From Eledone cirrhosa (lineage: Eukaryota): a stretch of DNA of 64,000 bases. A model generated the notes under the pieces. It had not been told where the DNA came from, did not search any database, and saw nothing but the letters and a program-made list of their open reading frames with translations. A program made the position numbers and the translations under genes. The DNA is taken from positions 116,560,001-116,624,000 of the forward strand of contig OZ024742.1 of NCBI GenBank assembly GCA_964016885.1. The letters run 5' to 3'. Each line of letters starts with the position of its first letter. Within the stretch, counting starts at the first letter, position 1. This document shows positions 27,837-41,044 of the stretch, one piece after another.

Positions 27837-28255
27837 CCATATCTTGTGGCATCACTGTACAAAAATAAGGTAATTTTCTTTGTCTTTGTTTTTCTCTCTT
27901 GTATTATAAATACTATCCATTTCATAAAAATATATGTGAAATACAGATGTTGATAATTTTATTGATACATATGTATTGAAAGTGAGTGAGAGAGGATGTC
28001 TCTGAATATGTTTACATGTGTACATGTAATTGCATATATATATATATATACATATATATATACATATATATATATACATATATATATATATAGTATTAAG
28101 GATACTATTTATGGTTATGTATATACTAAAACTTTTTATAGTTATATATATTTTAAACCCTAAACAGTGAAAGACAGTAATTTATTACTACCTTATTACC
28201 AGTAAGATAAATAGCTCAATGTAATAACATCAGTTGTTAGACAGAGCAGTTATAT

Positions 28256-28409
28256 AGAATTCACAGGAATCAAAGCTATGTTCAAAGCATTTATTAGCTT
28301 ACAATTGTTTCATCCAAACCGAGGCTCCGAAGACTCCAAGCCTCGGTTTGGATAAAACAATTGTAAGGTAATAAATGCTTTAAACATAGCTTTGATTCCT
28401 GTGAATTCT
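28256..28409. repeat. 71-bp-arm hairpin derived from a PLE-type end
   Basis: Arms 28256-28326 and 28339-28409 with about 3 mismatches; each carries a GAAAcaattgTA-like 3' half of a hammerhead. Confidence 0.85.
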
Positions 28410-28650
28410 CTCTCTCTATATATATATATATATATTTTTATATATATATATATATACATACAGGGTGTCTTGATACATATGTATTGTAAGTGTGTGAGAG
28501 AGGATGTCTCTGAATATGTTTACATCTGTAAATGTAATTGCATATATATATATATATATATATATATTGAGATGAGCAGAACAAGTAAAATTCAAACAAT
28601 CTGTCAAAATAAATTCAAAAAATATAATTTAAATATTTACCTGTCCATAT

Positions 28651-28731
28651 TGCTTTTACCGACGGTTTCGCCTCACAAAAGATTGGAAATCCGAGGGATT
28701 TCCAATGGAAAGTTCGGCTCTTCAGAAAGCA
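28651..28731 (-). ncRNA. Type I hammerhead ribozyme, canonical core
   Basis: Minus strand: tgcttt CTGAAGA gcc..attggaaatcc-ctc-ggatttccaat..ggc GAAA ccgtcgg TA aaagca; GUA cleavage triplet; within a non-microsatellite unit at 28569-28887 flanked by (TA)n. Confidence 0.85.
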
Positions 28732-28997
28732 TTTTCCTTTACATAGGACTTACAGCCCTACAGTCGGCAAATATATTGCCTTCAGCCAAATAGTGCAGGA
28801 TCGAATGGGGCCACACATGTGACCTACACGTGATCTGGTCGTTAGTAGAAGCGGTAGTAACATAGACGTGTTGTCTGCCACACCACATATATATATATAT
28901 ACAGGTTGTCTTGATACATATGTATTGAAAGTGTGTGAGAGAGGATGCCTATGAATATGTTTACATGTGTACATATAATTGCATATATATATATATA

Positions 28998-29076
28998 CAG
29001 CGTGTCACAAAAACATGTATACACACTTCAACACCATTCTAATCAAAGTGTGTATACATTTTGGGGGGACACCCTA
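28998..29076. mobile_element. Tiny Tc1/mariner-type MITE
   Basis: ~30-bp imperfect TIRs (cagcgtgtcacaaaaacatgtatacacactt / aagtgtgtatacattttggggggacacccta) flanked by TA. Confidence 0.7.
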
Positions 29077-29302
29077 TATATATGGGTAAATTTGTATATG
29101 GCAAATATAATTGTTGTAGTTAGTATAATAATAAACTAAATGGAGCTAAAGAATGTTTTAATTCAATCTTTAGCAAATTGATGTGAAGTGATTGTGGAAA
29201 AGTATAGAGTATTTATACTGCCTCGTAACTACTTATTCACACTCACACAAGTGTATATATACATGTATACTTACATACAGGATTCCACATGATTCCACAA
29301 TG

Positions 29303-29359
<57 letters not shown>

Positions 29360-29742
29360 GGAGGCACATGGCTTAGTGGTTAGAGCATTAGCCTTGCAAT
29401 CGAAAGGTTGTGAGTTCAATTCTCAGACCAAGTGATGTGTTGTTTCCTTCAGCAAGACACTTTATTTCACATTGCTCCAGTTCACTCAGCTGTAGAAATA
29501 GAGATGATAAGGACTAGGGTTCATATCATTCCACTGCAAAGGTGCCACGGCAAAAATGGTGGAGGTGCCACAGCAAAAAAGCACCCAGCCCACACTGTAG
29601 AATAGATGTGTAGGTGCCACGGAAAAAAGCACCCAGCATTCACTGTAAATGAGATTGGTGTTAGAAATCAGGCCAGAATCAGTTCCTGTCCCACCCTTGC
29701 AAGCAGGGAAAAGCGGACGTAAAATGAAATGATGATTATGAT
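29360..29742 (+). mobile_element. SINE family B, full length
   Basis: Highly similar to 26603-26936, with extra internal ggtgccac..cactgta repeats. Confidence 0.92.
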
Positions 29743-29760
29743 ATATATATATATATATGC

Positions 29761-29806
<46 letters not shown>

Positions 29807-29983
29807 ATGTATGTATATATATATATATATATATATTTATTAAAATAACAGATTATAATAAATAATAAATAATAAATATTTGCTCTACGGTTCTTATATA
29901 TTTGATATATATTTATCCTTATCGAGCCTCTTTGGATTTTAGTCTTCAAATTTATTATTATTACTATATATATATATATATAT

Positions 29984-30535
29984 CAGGAAAGAAGGTTTAC
30001 ATGGTTTGCTATACAAAAAGTTTTTAATCACATAGCTTATATTTGTTTCACTGAACTGGTATGTCTAGAGATCGCTATTCGCTTAATTTTGCGTTACTCG
30101 ATCGCCAATACAGAATTATAACCAGTCAGATCTTCTGAGCATGCGAGAATGAAGAAAATACACAGGCAAGAAAAGAAAAGAAAATACAGGCTACTATATG
30201 AAGTAGTAATGGCATTCAATTAGAACAATAACAACAATTACAACAATGCTATCAATAAACTATTTAAGGAGACCCTGACATTACTTAGGTGGGGGGTATA
30301 TAATGTATCTAATGTTACGGCATGTAAAGATAGCTGTCATAAGGCAAAATGAAGCGTTGGCATGTACAAAGTATCGTAGTGTATATCAATTTTAAATTAT
30401 AAAGATAAGCAAGTTTTTACAGTCTTTCTCTTCATCTTCAACAGTATACATGAGTGGGACCACTGTCAAAGCTAAATAGGTGTTGAGTTAATACAGAGGT
30501 TAACGAATTAATATACGCATATATTTACGCACACA

Positions 30536-30603
<68 letters not shown>

Positions 30604-31250
30604 CACATATATACACATGCATGTGTACATAGACACATACATACACATCAATATACACTCGTACAAAAATATACATACATGCAAAGAGATAAGCGTGCTA
30701 ATTGTAATTATGGCAAAAAGAAGGTAAAGTAACATTGTAGTAGTGAAATGAGAAAAACTAGGATTTAGGATCAAATGATGGCAGCAGCTGAGAAGGAGTA
30801 AGATTGTTGGTAGATGAGGTATTTACAGACAATTGTGTGGTATAGACTTGTGAAGGATATAGTATACTTAATGAATATATTTCTGTGGGTAGTAGGTATC
30901 CTAATTTAAAGCTATGTTATGTTGGTTCGATTCACGGAGGTTTGAATCTTATGAATTTAGTGGCTATTCTATGTCTGCAGAAGATAGATCTTTCTAACTT
31001 ATTGTTAAGTAGCCTTTTAACATTTCTAAGGATATACAATAGCTCAAGATCACATAGCCCGCAATAGGACATCCCTGTACTATAGGTTTTAGCAGCCGAC
31101 AACTTCGACCAGTTGATACTGTAGTTAGTGTTGCTGTCCTTCAATTCCCATATTTTTTTGGCGAGGGTGGTGGAACCCATAAGTGCACGGTTTTTCATTG
31201 AGTGCCTGTGCACATACCATCTTTTCTTAAAAGAAACTATTATTTGTTAA
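29984..31250 (-). mobile_element. Penelope-like element 3' part (GIY-YIG endonuclease C-terminus + terminal region)
   Basis: FKKRWYVHRHS..STTLAKKIWELK..YSINWS..CGLCDLE..LLN....CRH is the PLE GIY-YIG C-terminal signature (ORF 30932-31213); degenerate hammerhead at 30031-30142. Confidence 0.85.
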
Positions 31251-31254
31251 TCCG

Positions 31255-31297
<43 letters not shown>

Positions 31298-31884
31298 ATG
31301 TATATATATATATATATTTATGTGTGTGTGTGTATGTATATATATATACATATATATGTGTGTGTGTGTGTATATATATATATGCATATATTTATGTGTG
31401 TGTGTATGTTGCATTTATATTAAATTATCAGGAATTCTGATGATTTCATATGAATGTAACAGTTCTAGTTCTGTAAAAGTAATTTCTATATATAATAAAG
31501 ATATATGTGCATATATTTCTTGTGTGTACAAGTGTATATATACATATATACACACTAATAATAATGTTTAACCTAATTAAGGTAGGATTCAATGTATTTT
31601 GTATATGAGTATCTCATGAAAACAAGGTGAAGTTTGTTTTTGAGGAAAAATAATAACTTATATGTTATTCAGTATTCAAAGAACTACAAAGTCAGATGTA
31701 TAGATTGAACAATGAGAACAAAATTAATGAGGTTTAATCCATATATATGTGATTGTTTTAAGTTGTGATATGATCACAACTATCCCAGCTTAGTCAAGCA
31801 AGATTCATAGCTAGATTCATATATGTTTATTGTGCATAAATATGTCCAACACATGCCAGCATGAAAAATTGGACATAAAATCGA

Positions 31885-32230
31885 TTATCATGTGGACTAT
31901 ATTCACAGCATTCAAACATATCTTGAATCCACTTTGTAAATGATCGAACATGTCACAAAGGGCTGTCTGCTGGTGTGAAATTATTTTGACAGAACAATTG
32001 ATGCATGTACAAACATTGTAAATCACATGCAAAGAAAGAAACCACCATCCAATTGATGAGTAAGACTTGAACAGTGATATGATATATAGTTCCACTACTC
32101 CTTATGTCATTACTCCAATTCACCTGCTACTCTTGTACAATGTGCCACCTCATTTTTTGCAACTTGCAGTTTTTCATCAACCCTACCCTGCCTTACTAGC
32201 CAAGTCTCTAGTTTAATCACATTGGCCTAA
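31885..32230 (+). mobile_element. Possible CR1/L2-like LINE 3' remnant
   Basis: Weak resemblance to a C-terminal SFF...W..LP pattern; heavily decayed. Confidence 0.3.
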
Positions 32231-33739
32231 CAGTTATTTCCAGAACTTCCTACACACTAAAGCTCCAAATCTGTCTCTATTTTATCTACAAGCGTCCACT
32301 TGCAAAATTCTTATGCAAAACATTGACTTCATCTGTCTAGGGTGTCCTGCAGATTTTATTGGCAATACTTCCCCCTCTCCAGTTCTACAATATAATTTTA
32401 AAACAGCTAGGAAAATAGAGATCTGAGTTAAAGCCTCAGCATACATTCTGATGTAAATGTAAACTCAAATTAAGAAGAAACATATTTCAATTAACCAAAT
32501 ATTATTAGGTTAAGATAGAAATAAAGCTTAGAGGCATAGTAAATTTTCACTTGCATAACAAAGGGTTTATGCCTTGGTTGGTATATTTATTAAACATATT
32601 ACCATGTTCATTCTGAATTAAGAATAGGTACACCATGTCATTTGGGTTTCCTAAGATGCCACTAGAAGTTTTAGCAATAGGTAGGATACCCAGCTGTAAA
32701 ACACTGCCTTAAAACCAAATGGTCTGACCCATACCAGCATAGAAGAATGAATGTAAGACAATGGTTATAATTTCCTCTTTAACTTAAATTGGGTTGAGGT
32801 ATATGTCTATTTATGATTGTAAAGCAAACAAATATACTTGTAGATGATAGAAACGTGTTGCTTGAAGGTGACATGAAATTGAATCATATAAAACATGGAT
32901 GACATATTATTGAAAGTACTTTATAAATATGGTGGAAATTGAGCATTAGAAATTCATTGCTGTTGTCATATTGTACAATTCTATATCAGATGCAAGTTTA
33001 AGCTATTGTGGCTTAACTCCTAAAAGCTAGTTGTAACTTAAAAGAACTGAAAGTAATGCCATCAGGCCAAAAGTTCTTTATATATATTTATAAAAAGAGG
33101 AATAGTAATATGCCAAGAAAATTTGAAACTCAATGCGTTTCTACAATCTGCAAACAGAAAAACCCAATTTAGCCAAGGAGTAATCCATTGAGTAAATTAA
33201 AACAAAATGTTGTATGAGTGTAAAATCACATATAAATAAAAATATTATCAGGTATTCAGATGGAATTTACATCACTTTTATTAGTCTAAATTCCGCCTGA
33301 ACCCTTGCTTTTATTATTCCTTGTATATATATATATATATATGTGTGTGTGTCTATGTGTGTGTATATATGTGTGTGTGTATATATATGTGTGGGTGTGT
33401 GTCTATGTGTGTGTGTATATATATATATATGTGTCTGTGTGTGTGTCTATATATAAATATATATACCGGTATATATATTGCATATAGGTTACTCCTCAAC
33501 TATTTGGTAGATTATACAAGTAATACAAATAAAAACATTCAATAATCCTTCATGATTACTAATTGTAATGTAAAAAAATGAATTCCACTCAAACCCCTGT
33601 AGCTTCATAGTTTGAAGCAGAGGTGAAAGAGATATCTCTCAGGAGAGACTCTCACGTACCCCACATAACCAGTGCTAGATTTAAAAAAATGTTAAGCAAG
33701 CTACAGCTTAAGGCCTCACAGAGCCTTCATTATAACTAA

Positions 33740-33995
33740 TGCTTTTCTTTTATCAAACTGCCTGAAACTGTCCCAGCTTCTATGATACAAAACTGTTTGC
33801 TTTAGTATTTATATTTATCTATAAACCATCCATGATAATTTTATGTAAGAACCTTTGTTAAATTATGTTCCGAACAGCAGCTTAATAATGGGACGTCAGT
33901 TATATCAGTAAATCTCTCAAAATTATTGATTACTCTCAAAATTATTTGAAAATGCTGAGAAGTAACTTCCATAGAAATATGTTAAAAAGGTTAAA
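33740..33995. mobile_element. Probable TTAA-type (piggyBac-like) MITE, old
   Basis: Ends in aaaaggttaa; a related segment at ~24965-25145 ends in aatgggttaa. Confidence 0.4.
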
Positions 33996-36459
33996 AAGTA
34001 TATGTTTTCCAATTTTGGGAGAAGCTTTGGTGCAAATACTTTATATAATGTATGGCCACACCAACTCTAAAATCTGCTACTACCTGTTCTGTGCACTTTA
34101 GTAACTTTGAAATAATGTGTTCTGAAAAAGAGAGTAATAAAATCCAGAGCTCATGATTATATAGTAGGCCTTGCAGAAGATATGGACATGTAGGAAAGTT
34201 GCCATGAATTTATGGTCTCAAATCTAAACGTTTATTATGCTCTATTACACATAAGTACAGGGCATGCACTGCATGTACATACATATAATCCATTTATAAA
34301 TAATATGTATTTAGCACTAGCTACTTATATACATAAGCAGCGGTTTGACATGTGACCTCCATGTCATATCTAGCCTGGACCTATTACTAGATTTGGAAGC
34401 CTACATTTTACATCTTGCCTGCGCATACCAGGTTTTGTCTCTAGGTTTTGTCTTTCGTCCTGACAGGGTCGATAAAAAAGTACCAGTATTAGTTAGGTAT
34501 TGCAGTTAATTTAATCAACTACCAATAATCAGGAGCTGGAGTCCTGAACTTTGGTTGATGTTGACTATTTCCTTGTTCTGACAACTCCAGTGATGGTATT
34601 TGAGGCAAGTTGTATCAATATTTTCTCTTCTCTTAGGCTGTGGAATGCAGAAAGATGACTTGCTTCATGAACAACTGTTTGTTTTCCATACATCCTGGAA
34701 CACGCCTGCACCAATGAAAGGACACTTCATTTTTGCCTTACCACACTTTAGCAGCACAAATTGAAGCAAAAGCGCCCACGTGCTGATCCTTGGTCTCCCA
34801 ATTTAGACAAATGAGCCAAAGAAAATTATCTCTAATTTGGTTTTGTTAAAATGAATATGATAATTAGAGAGGGGGTTTTATGTGTTATCTCATTAGTGAT
34901 GGACTTTACTAGGTTTAAGTGTTGTGCAGTTGTTGACTGAGAGTTATTAAAAGGATCCTCTACATGCTCACTCAATATGCAAGGAATAAAAGCTAAATCA
35001 CTCTTAAATCACATTCTATTACCTTAGATAAGGAAGAACTCATAAGATAATGTCATTCTAAATGCAGTCTGCCTATGTAAAAAAGACAGAATGGTCATGG
35101 TTAGAATGTCTCTGACTGAAGTTGAGCTGGAGCTAAAGAATGAGAACAAAAAACCCCATTAAGTCTACTGTTATTAACTAGGTTTAATAATTTGAATAGC
35201 TTCATTATACATTTTTTATCACCTTTAGATATTTTCTCTGTAAATTAAATTACTTCTGATCCAGTATTCAGAAAACAAGTAAAATATTGGAGCATGTGCC
35301 GGTGTGATTTTGCGACTGTGTAGAGTGTGTACTTGGGACAGTTGAAGTCTGGTACTTATTTATTTAATCTCTTTTATATTGAAGTACTAAACTATGGGAC
35401 ATAAACACACATATGGTACTTAATGAGGAACCATGACCATGTACCCACCCATGACGGCAGCAAAACACCCAACAACCAGACTTGACCAAACCAACACAGA
35501 GCCCCTTGGTTATACCCACATGGAGGTAATGGTCCCACCAGGAATGATGGGCCCACCAAAGGCAACCAAGATGAAGATAACAACTCCATAAAAATTGACC
35601 TGAATTACAATTATTATCCTACCAACCATAAAATGATTAACAGTATGAACCAAGCCAATACATATGACTCCCACGGCTAAGACCAACTATACTGACCCTG
35701 ATAACTAAGACACTGGTTGCTACCACAATGAAGTAACCAACCAAGCCTTGAGTTCCCACCCCAAACTAATTAACAGCTGACTCACTGATATGAACCACGT
35801 GAGGAGCAACATGGAAAAATTCTGCAACTACAACACCCCGTGGCCATTATGATTGATTCAGAATGGCCTAATCTTTTTACCCTGCCCGAACCAACTACTA
35901 TGGTTACAGCTGTAGTTACCACCACACTGACCAGAGCGCCTGGCTGATTGCCAAACCTCACTCATGTCTGACTACCATACACCTGCTGACACCAACACCA
36001 CAGACAGGTGATGCACTATACACAAAAATCCCACATTGCACACGTGACCTGATTAAATGTACCCTATTCCAAACATGTCTGAACTAATATCCTTGTAACC
36101 TTCATAATGGCCCTCAACCAGTGCTTTCAGCTGATGTTTTAAAAGACAAAAACATCAGCTTCAAAATAAAGTGGGCTGCCCTTAAGTGCACATGTTGATA
36201 CAATCTAGGAGTTAGACAGTGCCAGTTGTGCCTCTCGGAAATCTGCAGAAATCCTCAAGTTTAAGGAACACTGAATCAACTCAATATTTGTGTGTGCGTG
36301 CATGTTTGTGTGGGCACATGCGTGTATAATTGCGCGAGTTTGTGTTTTGGAGTGTTTACATGTATGACTGTATCTCCGAATATGGAGATGTTTGTGTTCA
36401 TGTGTTTATATAGGTTTATGTAGGTCTATATATAAAATAATATATATGAATGTGTATGC

Positions 36460-36492
<33 letters not shown>

Positions 36493-36988
36493 TGCGTGTG
36501 TGTGCCTGCCTACACAGTTTGGTTTATGTATTTCATACTGTATGTGTGTGTGTGTATGCATTTGTATATGTGACATAGTTATTACTGTCGTTGCAGATGA
36601 TCTCCGAATCAAATATTTTTCTTATATTTTCTTTGTGTTTGTCACAATTCCTTTATTGAATAATGAATTATGCAATTCGCACCAGATGATGTTACTAGAT
36701 TTTACGAAACCAGGCCATTGAAATATATATATATATTGTTTTAATAACAATAAAACTTTAAAGGAACATCAATAGTCTGGCCTGCTGTTATTTTAATCAA
36801 ACTAATATTTAGCTCTGTTACTGCACCAGGCACAGGATTCAAAATCAATGATGGATGAGTTGCGTAACGTAGAGGGCTTTTCTTACTGTCACATCATGCT
36901 TAACTAGACAGAATGAGCATTTCTATTCTGTGGTGAACCTCTAAACATCAGTGTATATATACATACACATATATATATATATATAAAT

Positions 36989-37333
36989 ATCATCATCATC
37001 ATCATTTCATTTTATGTCCGCTTTTTCCCTGCTTGCAATGGTGGGACGGGAACTGATTCTGGCTTGATTTCTACAGCTGGATGCCCTTCCTAACACCAAC
37101 CTCATTTACAGTGAGTGCTGGGTGCTTTTTTGCCGTGGCACCTCCACGACCACTTTACAGTGGAATGATAGGGACCCCAGTCCCTATCATCTCATTTCTA
37201 CAGCTGAGTAAACTGGAGCAACGTGAAATAAAGTGTCTTGCTCAAGGAAACAACACATCACCCTGTCTGAGAATTGAACTCACAACCTTTCGATTGCAAG
37301 GCCAATGCTCTAACCACTAAGCCATGTGCCTCC
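36989..37333 (-). mobile_element. SINE family B, full length
   Basis: Reverse complement of 26603-26936 with a (GAT)n tail. Confidence 0.93.
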
Positions 37334-37345
37334 ATATATATATAT

Positions 37346-37907
37346 CACAGGGCGATCAAAATTGATGGAAATTATGGATTAGGTACACCCAGGAAAACTT
37401 GGAATGACATGATAAAATCCCACCTTGCACACTTACACCTCTCTAAGACAATGTCACTGGATTGAGACCTTTGGCACCACGTAGTAATACAGAAGACGCG
37501 CCTTCCCTATGTACAAAGTTAAACGTACAGTCTGTAGGCACCTCTTAACCAAATATACACCTCAACCCACTAGCCTACTCCATCCTCCCACTCCCACTAA
37601 CGCCTGTAAAGTTATGTTCGACCACAGAACATCCAGTCCAAACTAAAGAGGTTGTGTAGGTGTCACGACAATAAAGCACCCAGTCCACGCTGTAAAGTGG
37701 TCATATAGGAGACACTGTAAAAAGGCTCCCAGTCCACACTGTAAATGTGGTTGGTGTTAGGAAGGGCATCCAGCTGTAGAAAACCTACCAGATGCAGTCC
37801 TATACGAGCAAGACATGGTCACCCGATCAATCTTGCCTCAAGGGGACAATTCTCATCTAAGCCATGCTAGCGTGGAAGATAGACGTTAAATGATGATGAT
37901 GATGATG
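37346..37907 (+). mobile_element. RTE LINE 3' end plus 3' UTR (relative of 17890-20404)
   Basis: GNYGLGTPRKTWNDMIKSHLAHLHLSKT matches GNRGVGRHRKTWDEVIKADLTQLHLSKA; ends gacgttaaa(tga)n. Confidence 0.85.
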
Positions 37908-40900
37908 GGTTAAATAACTACCTCATTCGAGTGGCGCCGGTAAGGTATTGTCAGCCATTGAAAAGAAATATGGAGAGTCGATCTAACAGCACTAGCGTTA
38001 GAGCCCCTAATTACACTGTCAAGGAGCATTCTGGTCGTTATGACTCTGCTAGCTTAGAGCGACAGAGAGGGCCAGTGGATGATGGATCAGCTGTCTCTGA
38101 GACAAATATAAAGAATGCAGTTTTGTCCTGCAGAAGAGCCATCAAAATGGGCACTTTGAATGTGAGGACTATTCGGACGCTGGAGAAGAGAGAGGAATTG
38201 GGACATCTGTTCAAGGAGAGTGGTATACAGATACTTGCGATCCAATAACACAGGATCCTACACGATGAGCCCGTGAGGAGTGTGATGATTGGGAAGAAGA
38301 GCCAGCTCATCACTACATCGGCAGTGAGGAACATAACCAATGCTGCAGTGGGAGGAGTGGGTTTTGTTTTCAGCACAAAAACCAGTCTATTGGTGAGGGA
38401 AATGATGCTTGTCTCCCCGCGAGTGTTGAGGGTGACCTTCAATGGAAACCCAAGACTGACAGTTATCTCAGCCTATAGTCCAACCGAGGGGGACAGTGAT
38501 GTGAGTGTGGAAGAGTTCCATGAGGATGTGTGTAGAGCTGTCAACACCACTCAAGCACACAACATCCTGCTTGTTTTGGGGGACTTCAATGCACATCTGT
38601 ATAAGGAGGGCAGTGAAGATCCTTGCTGGTACTTCCATAACAACACCAACCAAAATGGAAGACTACTGAGAGACACCCTGCTGGAGGCGAACTTGATAGC
38701 GACCAACCTAAGGTTTAGGAAGAATCTGGGACGATGTGGACCTACATCTCAGATGCACCTGTCCAAGTCCTTGATTGATTTCATTCTGGTGAGGAAAAAG
38801 TGGCAGAATAGTGTTCTGAACACAGAACCATACCACTATTTCAGTACACTGGATAGTGACCACCGGCTTGTTATGAGTGAGGTCTGGGTGAGCTTAAGAA
38901 AGAGCAAGGCTCAGCCCCGGAGAGCAATCTATGACTGGGGAGCTTTCAAGGAAGATGATAAGCTACAGGAGAGGTTCACAGTGGAAGTGAGGAACAGGTT
39001 CAGTGCTCTGTGTGGAGAGACAGAGGAGAGAGAGATTGGATGGACTGAGGAGAGTGTGACGAGGAGGTGCGGGCACTTCACCAATGCAGTGGCGGGAGCA
39101 AGTGAAACCCTGGTGCCGAGGAAAAAGAACAAAAGAAAGCACGTCAGCTCTGCAAACCCAAAAGTGTGTGCAGCCAGAGAACACCCGAAAGCTGCCAAGG
39201 ACCAATTCTATGCTGATCCTACGGAGGAGAGGATGGAGACTGTGGAGATAATGAGGGAAGAACTCTGTACCGCTTACACTGAGGCCAGAGAGGAGGCACT
39301 GATAGAGAAGATCAGAAGTGTGGAGAGAGCGGTTAACAGATCTGGATGTAAGGAGAGCTGAATGATCATCAATGAGATCACAGAGAGGAAGAGGTGTTCA
39401 AGTCAGATCCAGGGAACGGGGCCCGAGGATAGGAAGAGGAAATGGCTAGACCATTTTAGGACCCTACTAGGAGAGCCACCCTCCACAGCCCAGAGCACTG
39501 GGGAGATCAGGCGGCTGTTTGAGGAACTGGATATTGAGACAGAGCCCTTCACCAGAGAGGAGCTTCAGAGAGCCAAGAAGAAGATCAAGGAGGGCAAGGC
39601 TCATGGAGAAGATGGAGTGGCCTCAGAGGTGATGAAGAGGTGTGATTTTGATGATATCATCCTGGGGTTCTGTAACCAGGCACTGGAGAAAGGAGTTGCC
39701 CTGAATCAGTGGAAGATCAGTAACATCGTCCCAGTGCCAAAGAAGGGAGATCTCTCTAACACCAACAACTACAGGGGGATCTCACTGACGTCACTTGTGG
39801 CAAAGACCCTCAACAGGATGATTCTTAACAGGATCCAGCCTGAGATGGAGAAGAAGCTCAGGGACAACAGAACGGCTTCAGAGAGGGAAGATCAACCACC
39901 AGTCACATCCTGATGCTGAGGAGGATATTAGAGGGAGCTAGAGCAAAGTGGCTTCATGCGGTCATGGTTTTCATTGACTTTAGGAAGGCCTTTGATTCTG
40001 TGGACCGTCACTGCCTTATGAAGATCTTACAGGCTTATGGAATCCCCAAGAAGGAAGAGGACATGATATCACTGCTCTACACCAACACCAAAGCCCAAGT
40101 CATTACATCTGATGGGATGACAGAGTTCTTTGAGATACTGGCTGGAGTGCTCCAGGGAGATACATTGGCTCCCTACCTTTTTATCATCGTAGTGGACTAT
40201 TGTATGCGCCTTGCACTGGAGAAACACCAGGACTCTGGCTTTACTGTAGCACCAGCTCAGAGCAGGAGAGTTAAGGCAAAAAAGGTATCACATGCTGAAT
40301 TTGCCGACGACATAGTTTTGGTGACAAATACAGTGAAGGAGGGAGGGGATTTGATGCTGGAGGTTGAGACTGTGTCGATGAGTGTGGGGCTGAGAATGAA
40401 TGAGACTAAAACAAATTATCTGGTAGAGAATGTTGAGAAGCCAGAGGGGATCACTAATGTAGGCGGGAAGCCGCTAGAATTGGTTGAGGGCTTCTTGTAT
40501 TTGGGAGCAAAGATTAGGAATACGGAAGATGATGTGGTTGAGAGGAAGAGCAAAGCCTGGGCGGCATGCCACAGCTTGAGATCGGTGTGGAAGTCGGACC
40601 TTCGTAAAGACCTGAAAATCCGCCTATTCATTGCTGTAGTGGAGTCTGTGTCAAGAAACTCACTCAGATGGTGGATGGGTGCTACATGAGAATGCTGAAG
40701 ATGGCTCTGAACATTAATCAGTATACACTAGGGATGAAAAATGCAGAGCTGTACTGGAGTCTCCCAAAAGTCAGCTCAAAAGTGACACAGAGGAGATTGA
40801 GGTTAGCTGGACATGCTCACCGACATCCAGAGTTGACATTGCACTCAGTGCTCCTGTGGGAGCCCCTACATGGACACACTGGAAGAGGAAGACCAAGGTT

Positions 40901-41033
40901 AACGTATGTTGATGCCCTAAGGACAGACATTGGTCTGTTGGAGACGCAGGACATGGCAGCGATAATGAGGGACAGAGACCGCTGGAGAGAACTTGTCCAT
41001 GGATCTCGGGAATTTTACCCGCCCTAGATAGAT
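37906..41033 (+). mobile_element. Near-full-length RTE-clade LINE (APE endonuclease + reverse transcriptase), inactivated
   Basis: EN motifs GTLNVRT, AIQ*HR, GGVGF, SAYSPT, LGDFNA, IDFIL, SDHRL; RT motifs NYRGISL, FIDFRKAFDSV, GVLQGDTLAPYLF, FADD, YLG; C-terminal RRLRLAGH..GRGRPR; stops at 38246 and 39359, plus frameshifts. Confidence 0.95.
37970..41027 (+). pseudogene. Disrupted RTE polyprotein (EN-RT) reading frame
   Basis: ATG at 37970; ORF segments 37931-38248, 38273-39361, 39362-39913, 39913-40689 and 40668-41027 join into one ancestral ORF. Confidence 0.85.
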
Positions 41034-41044
41034 ATATATATATC

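Noticed and set aside
36590-36745. cagatga...gaaatatatatatatattg, a possible degenerate hammerhead
   Set aside because: Core mutated and helices cannot be assigned
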